A DNA stretch of 64,000 nt from the NCBI GenBank assembly GCA_963602825.1, contig CAVCKO010000013.1, forward strand, positions 64 through 64,063. The letters run 5' to 3'. Positions 59,097 to 64,000 of the stretch are shown one piece after another. The stretch is from Treponemataceae bacterium. Its GTDB lineage: Bacteria > Actinomycetota > Coriobacteriia > Coriobacteriales > Coriobacteriaceae. How positions within the stretch are numbered: the first letter of the stretch is position 1; every line of letters starts with the position of its first letter. The translations under genes were made by a program, and so were the position numbers. The notes beneath the pieces are model-generated. The model was not told where the DNA came from and made no database searches. It saw only the letters and a list, made by a program, of their open reading frames with translations.

Positions 59097-59208
59097 GGTG
59101 ACATGGGGGGCAGTCCCGCATGTCACATCGAAAAGAAGGCGTGCCGGGGGCGGATTCCCCGGCGCGCCTTTTGTGTTGGCGTTCATGCTGTGGCGGTTGT
59201 CCGCGGCC

Positions 59209-59913
59209 CTAGCGTTCGTCCACGAGCTTGGCGACGAGGGCTTTGAGCTCGGCCACCTCTTGCTCGAGTTCTTTGACGCGACGGGCGTTTTCGGTGATGC
59301 CCTGACGGTTGAGGGCGCTCTGCTCGGCGGCATCGTCGGGCATGTACTCGCGATGCTGCTTGGCGTCGAAGCTCTCCTCGAACACGCGGCAGCCGTTGCG
59401 CTTGATGATGCGCCCGGGCACGCCCACGACGGTGCAGTTGTCGGGCACGTCCTTGACGACGACCGAGTTGCCGCCGATTTTGACGTTGTTGCCAATGTGG
59501 ATGTTGCCAAGCACCTTGGCGCCCGTGCCCACCGTGACATTGTTGCCCAGGGTGGGGTGACGCTTGCCGGTCTCGTTGCCGGTGCCGCCGAGCGTGACGC
59601 CCTGGTAGAGCACACAGTTGTCGCCCACGATGGCAGTCTCGCCAATAACGACGCCCATGGCGTGGTCGATAAAGAAGTGCTTGCCGATCTGCGCGGCGGG
59701 ATGAATCTCAACACCAGTGATATGGCGGGTTAACTGCGAGAGCACACGGGCGAGTGAGCGATGACCGTGCTCCCACAGCCAGTGCTCGGGCACGTGGTTC
59801 CACTTGGCGTGCAGGCCAGGATAGGAAAGGAAGATGACCAGGCCGTTTTGCGCGGCAGGGTCCTGCGCCTGGACGGTCTTGATGTCCTCGCGAATGGTAT
59901 TGATAAAGCTCAC
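59209..59913 (-). CDS. cysE: Serine O-acetyltransferase
   Basis: [32 protein letters not shown]...KRHPT. Confidence 0.95.
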   Translation of the reverse strand: MSFINTIREDIKTVQAQDPAAQNGLVIFLSYPGLHAKWNHVPEHWLWEHGHRSLARVLSQLTRHITGVEIHPAAQIGKHFFIDHAMGVVIGETAIVGDNCVLYQGVTLGGTGNETGKRHPTLGNNVTVGTGAKVLGNIHIGNNVKIGGNSVVVKDVPDNCTVVGVPGRIIKRNGCRVFEESFDAKQHREYMPDDAAEQSALNRQGITENARRVKELEQEVAELKALVAKLVDER

Positions 59914-60137
59914 CGGCCGCCCTCCCTTAGCGCCGTGACAATGCGATTCAATAAAGTATAGCGATTCGCTAGGGATTAGGAAGGACGATCTTGCTTCGCT
60001 TTGGGCGACAAGTGTCAGTTATGCAAACTTGCTGGTAATGAAGTAAGACTTTTGAGGGGTTTGGCCCGTGCTCGCGCCGCAACCGTATACTGGTCAACTT
60101 GGACGTGTCCGCGCCCACAACTGAGAGGTTTTACTTC

Positions 60138-60785
60138 ATGGGTTTCATCAATTTTATCGCCGAGCTGCTTAAGGACCCGCGCACCGCGATCGCCAGCTGG
60201 ATCGCCGCCGGCCCGCTTATGGCCTACGGCTGCGTGTTCCTGATCATCTTTATCGAGACGGGCGTGGTGTTCTTCCCGTTCCTTCCCGGCGACTCGCTGC
60301 TGTTTGCCTCGGGCTTCTTTGCCCATAACGGCGGCTTTAACATCGTGGCGCTTCTGGCCACCGCATGGGCCGCAGCCATCCTGGGCGATCAGTGCAACTT
60401 TATGATCGGCCACTTCTTTGGCCGCAAGATCATCGCCTCGGGCAAGGTAAAGGCCATGACGCCCGAGCGCATCAAAAAGTCCGAGGATTTCTTGGACAAG
60501 TGGGGCCATCTGGCCATCTTCCTCGGTCGCTTCTTCCCGTTCATCCGCACCTTTGTGCCTTTTATCGCCGGCATGGGCGGCATGCACTGGCGCAACTTTG
60601 TCATCTTTAACGTGCTGGGTGGAATTACCTGGTCAACGGTCTTTACGCTGCTGGGTTACTTCTTTGGTGGCATTCCGTTTGTGCAGGAGCACTTTGAGCT
60701 GCTGATAATCGGCATCGTCGCCGTGTCGATCATCCCGACCGTGGTCGGTCTGGTCAAGTCCAAGCTCGGGAAGAAGAACGCGTAG
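60138..60785 (+). CDS. DedA family membrane protein
   Basis: FIETG...PFLPGDSLLFASG, ILGD, GRFFPFIRTF. Confidence 0.93.
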   Translation: MGFINFIAELLKDPRTAIASWIAAGPLMAYGCVFLIIFIETGVVFFPFLPGDSLLFASGFFAHNGGFNIVALLATAWAAAILGDQCNFMIGHFFGRKIIASGKVKAMTPERIKKSEDFLDKWGHLAIFLGRFFPFIRTFVPFIAGMGGMHWRNFVIFNVLGGITWSTVFTLLGYFFGGIPFVQEHFELLIIGIVAVSIIPTVVGLVKSKLGKKNA

Positions 60786-60815
60786 GCTGCGTCTGCTTTC
60801 GAATGATGATTTTTG

Positions 60816-60849
60816 GGGCCCGTCACCAATTGCGGTGGCGGGCCTTTTT
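60816..60849 (+). terminator. dedA terminator
   Basis: GGCCCGTCACC...GGTGGCGGGCCTTTTT. Confidence 0.75.
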
Positions 60850-61076
60850 ATGTTGAAGGTAAATGAAAATACTTTACTTAGTTAAAGAAAAGCGTTTTAT
60901 CCGCGGCGCGCGGGGAGTACAATCTCGTGCATGCGAATCGACGCGCCATCGGCTTTGATGTTGCCCGCGTGTTCTGCCCGGCTCTACGCTCCGGGCGTGT
61001 GACGTTGCGACGCGGCCGGCTTCGGTCCTTGCGTGCGGGTTCGCGAGTATGCAACCGTGTATGTAAGGAGCGACAT

Positions 61077-62129
61077 ATGACTGTCGAGAAGAAGGATATC
61101 GATTGGGGTAGCCTCGGCTTTGGCTACATGAAGACCGATTACAGCTACGAGGCCCATTGGAAGGACGGCGAGTGGGACGAGGGTGGCCTGACCACCGACC
61201 ACACCATGCACGTCTCCGAGTGCGGCGGCATCTTCCATTACTGCCAAGAGGTCTTTGAGGGCCTGAAGGCCTACACCGCCGAGGACGGCAGCATCGTCTG
61301 CTTCCGCCCCGACATGAACGCCGAGCGTATGTACAACTCCGCTGAGCGCCTGGAGATGCCCCCGTTCCCCAAGGACAAGTTTGTCGAGGCCGTCAAGCAG
61401 GTCGTTTCTGCCAACGCCGCATGGGTTCCGCCCTTCGGCTCCAGCGCAACCCTGTATGTGCGTCCGTTTATGATCGGCTCCGGTGACGTGATTGGCGTGG
61501 CTCCCGCTCCTGAGTACACGTTCCGCATTCTCGTGACCCCGGTCGGTCCGTACTTTAAGGGTGGCCTTAAGCCCGTCAAGCTGCGCGTTTCCGAGTACGA
61601 CCGTGCTGCACCGCACGGCACCGGCAACATCAAGGCCGGCCTCAACTACGCTATGTCCCTCAAGCCCACGATGGAGGCTCACCGCGAGGGCTATGCCGAG
61701 AACCTGTATCTCGACTCCGAGTCCCGCACCTATGTCGAGGAGACCGGTGGCGCCAACGTCCTGTTCGTTAAGGAGGACGGCACCCTCGTCGTTCCGCAGT
61801 CGCACACCGACTCCATCCTGCCTTCCATCACCCGCCGTTCGCTCGTTCAGGTTGCCGAGGATCTGGGCATGACCGTCGACCAGCGTCCCGTCGAGTGGGC
61901 CGAGGTCAAGGCCGGTACCTTCGTTGAGTGCGGCCTGTGCGGCACCGCTGCCGTCATCTCCCCGGTTGGCGAGATCGACAACAAGGTCTACGGCGCCGAC
62001 GAGACCGTGACCTTCCCGGCTGGCTACACCGAGATCGGCCCCGTGATGAAGAAGCTCCGCGAGACCCTGACGGGCATCCAGTCTGGTGCTGTTGAGGATA
62101 AGCACAACTGGGTTTACACCGTCGCGTAA
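61077..62129 (+). CDS. ilvE: Branched-chain amino acid aminotransferase
   Basis: HYCQEVFEGLKAY, FRPDMN, LYVRPF, KAGLNY, ILPSITR, CGTAAVISPVG; AAGGAG RBS. Confidence 0.95.
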   Translation: MTVEKKDIDWGSLGFGYMKTDYSYEAHWKDGEWDEGGLTTDHTMHVSECGGIFHYCQEVFEGLKAYTAEDGSIVCFRPDMNAERMYNSAERLEMPPFPKDKFVEAVKQVVSANAAWVPPFGSSATLYVRPFMIGSGDVIGVAPAPEYTFRILVTPVGPYFKGGLKPVKLRVSEYDRAAPHGTGNIKAGLNYAMSLKPTMEAHREGYAENLYLDSESRTYVEETGGANVLFVKEDGTLVVPQSHTDSILPSITRRSLVQVAEDLGMTVDQRPVEWAEVKAGTFVECGLCGTAAVISPVGEIDNKVYGADETVTFPAGYTEIGPVMKKLRETLTGIQSGAVEDKHNWVYTVA

Positions 62130-62529
62130 GCTGTCTTAGCTGTCCGGGCCGAGGGCGACCTTCCTTTCCGGCGCGTCCTCGGGCCTGCGTTACCTCGGCG
62201 CTGCCGTTACGGGCAAAATAGATCTGAAAAAAGATGGCGCGCGGCCTTTTAGGCCGCGCTTTTGTTTTGCTTCGTGCCATGTGGGGGCGGTGGCGACGTG
62301 CATTTTTGCGAGTATTCTGCAATCGAAGGCCCCTGCATACCGACGTTCGGGCAAAAATCCGTGCTCGTCGATGCTTTTTGCGAATAATAGGCGGGGTTAT
62401 GGGCCGACAGCACTTGATTTGCAGGGATATTCGCGGTCTTTAGCCTTTGTCACGGCGCCCGATGCTCTTGGTTATGTTGAATACTCCCAAAAATGCACGG
62501 CGCTTAGAGGGGGACCTACGCGAAAAAGG

Positions 62530-62568
62530 AAACCGCTCCGTCGAAGTATGCATTCGACGGGGCGGTTT
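62530..62568 (-). terminator. lemA terminator
   Basis: AAACCGCTCCGTCGAA...TTCGACGGGGCGGTTT. Confidence 0.7.
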
Positions 62569-62604
62569 ATGCATATACTCGATTAAGGATACGCTGCGGA
62601 TCTG

Positions 62605-63156
62605 TTAGAACTTGACGGTCGGTGCCTGGCGGGCGGCTTCGGCGGCCTCGAAGCCCTGGCGCTCCTTAAATTGGAAGATGCCGGCAAAGATGACGGCCGG
62701 GAAGGTCTGGATGGCGTTGTTGTAGCTAAGCACGCAGTCGTTGTAGCTCTGGCGCGCGTAGCTCACCTTATTCTCGGTGTCTTCGAGCGTGGCCTGGAGC
62801 TGCGTAAAGTTGGTGTTCGCCTTAAGATCGGGGTAAGCCTCGGCCACGGCGAAGAGCTGGCGCAGAGCGCCGGTCAGCACGTTGTCGGCTTCCATCTTGG
62901 CTTCGGGCGTGGTGGCGCTCACGGCGGCGTTGCGCGCGTTGACCACGGCGGCAAGCGTGTCCTGCTCGTGTTTGGCGTAGCCCTTGACGGTCTCGACCAG
63001 GTTAGGGATCAGGTCGTTGCGGCGCTGCAGCTGCGTGTCGATGTTCTGCCAGGCGTTATCAATGCGATTGCGCTTGGTGACCATGTTGTTGTAGATGCCG
63101 GCGATGGCGCAGACAATCACAATGACAACAACGATACCGATGATGACGGGAATCAT
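62605..63156 (-). CDS. lemA: LemA family protein
   Basis: AWQNIDTQLQRRNDLIPNLVETVKGYAKHE, EAYPDLKA. Confidence 0.95.
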   Translation of the reverse strand: MIPVIIGIVVVIVIVCAIAGIYNNMVTKRNRIDNAWQNIDTQLQRRNDLIPNLVETVKGYAKHEQDTLAAVVNARNAAVSATTPEAKMEADNVLTGALRQLFAVAEAYPDLKANTNFTQLQATLEDTENKVSYARQSYNDCVLSYNNAIQTFPAVIFAGIFQFKERQGFEAAEAARQAPTVKF

Positions 63157-63368
63157 GGTGTCTCCGTTTCGAATGGCCGCGGCGTCTTCCGCCGGCTGCC
63201 GTTGGTGTAACGCTACTAGTATACCCGCAACCTTTGGCGATACCGAACTTTCCGGTAAGCGTTATGTTTCCACCAAGGTAAGGCCCTTCGCCAGGGGGCG
63301 GGTGATACAGGTGTAAGATATGCGACAGATTAGTGAGCGCTGTCTTTTCCTGGAGGAGGGCGATACGT

Positions 63369-63953
63369 ATGGACCTTCGCATCAAGAAAACCTATCGGGC
63401 CCTGTTCGAGGCCTTTACCGAGCTGCTCGAAGAGCATCGGTTTGAGGACGTGACGGTTGCCATGCTGTGCGACCGCGCTATGATTCGTCGGACGACGTTC
63501 TACAAGCACTTCCGCGACAAAAACGATTACTTTGCCTTCTATATCGATGAACTCATGTCGGGCCTGCCGCAAAAGCGGGCCGATGCGGATGGCGCGGAGG
63601 GCGCCGAGGACGTGCGAGCGCTTCGCCACGAAGTGTTCGCCGATGCCATGGATCTGATTCTGGCGCATGAGCAGCTCATGGATAACATCCTGGAGAGCAG
63701 CATGTCGGGCATGCTGACCAGCATGATTTGCGACCGCATTGCCCACTCCATTCGCGAGCGCGTAATGAGCACACTTGACGAGGGCGCGCTTGCGCCCGTA
63801 TCGCTCGAGACGACATCGGAGTTTATCGCCGGTGGCATTATTCGGTTGTTCACAAAATGGTGGGAATCGGGTCACGATCTTGAGCGTCGGTCCGAGATCG
63901 CCGACGTGGTCGATGCACTGTTCGAACGAACCATGACGCCGGTGAATCACTAA
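63369..63953 (+). CDS. TetR/AcrR-family regulator
   Basis: MDLRIKKT...VTVAMLCDRAMIRRTTFYKHFRDK. Confidence 0.92.
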   Translation: MDLRIKKTYRALFEAFTELLEEHRFEDVTVAMLCDRAMIRRTTFYKHFRDKNDYFAFYIDELMSGLPQKRADADGAEGAEDVRALRHEVFADAMDLILAHEQLMDNILESSMSGMLTSMICDRIAHSIRERVMSTLDEGALAPVSLETTSEFIAGGIIRLFTKWWESGHDLERRSEIADVVDALFERTMTPVNH

Positions 63954-63956
63954 AAG

Positions 63957-64000
63957 TGGCGGAGAGAGGGGGATTCGAACCCCCGGAACGCTCTCGCGCT
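63957..64000 (-). tRNA. 3' part of a class II tRNA, most likely tRNA-Ser (truncated by the window edge)
   Basis: Reverse complement reads long variable arm, GGGGGTTCGAATCCCCC T-arm, TCTCTCCG-CCA; anticodon lies outside the window. Confidence 0.85.

Noticed and set aside
60927..61076. Attenuator/leader peptide or T-box before ilvE
   Set aside because: The short ORF is not enriched in Ile/Leu/Val runs, and no T-box motif or terminator was seen.
63957..64000. tRNA-anchored integrative element
   Set aside because: No integrase and no duplicated tRNA 3' end noticed within the window.

Overview
GC-rich bacterial chromosome segment; gene content and style suggest a gut Coriobacteriia such as Collinsella (inference). 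Housekeeping blocks: hsp20, yycJ-like MBL hydrolase, tilS-hpt-ftsH, aminotransferase, PHP phosphatase, rlmD, polar amino-acid ABC importer, a degenerate EF-G2, glmS, cysE, dedA, ilvE, lemA and the 3' end of a tRNA-Ser. The main discovery candidate is a ~21 kb co-oriented island (18.9-39.7 kb) bracketed by two direct copies of a palindromic REP-like element. It encodes ModD; a 2,000-aa sortase-anchored protein with two Shr-HID(DUF1533)-like + sulfite-oxidase-fold-like modules; four more membrane-anchored proteins sharing with it a six-cysteine insert in an Ig-like domain; a paralogous pair of large ABC permeases with one ATPase; and a FecCD/MolABC-type importer, with a Fur-like box upstream. 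It looks like an uncharacterised cell-surface metal/metallocofactor capture or assembly system. Two stand-alone ATPase/nuclease-type genes each carry phased repeat arrays upstream, and there is a sortase B + substrate + LCP cassette. All domain calls come from motif recognition by eye, not database searches.
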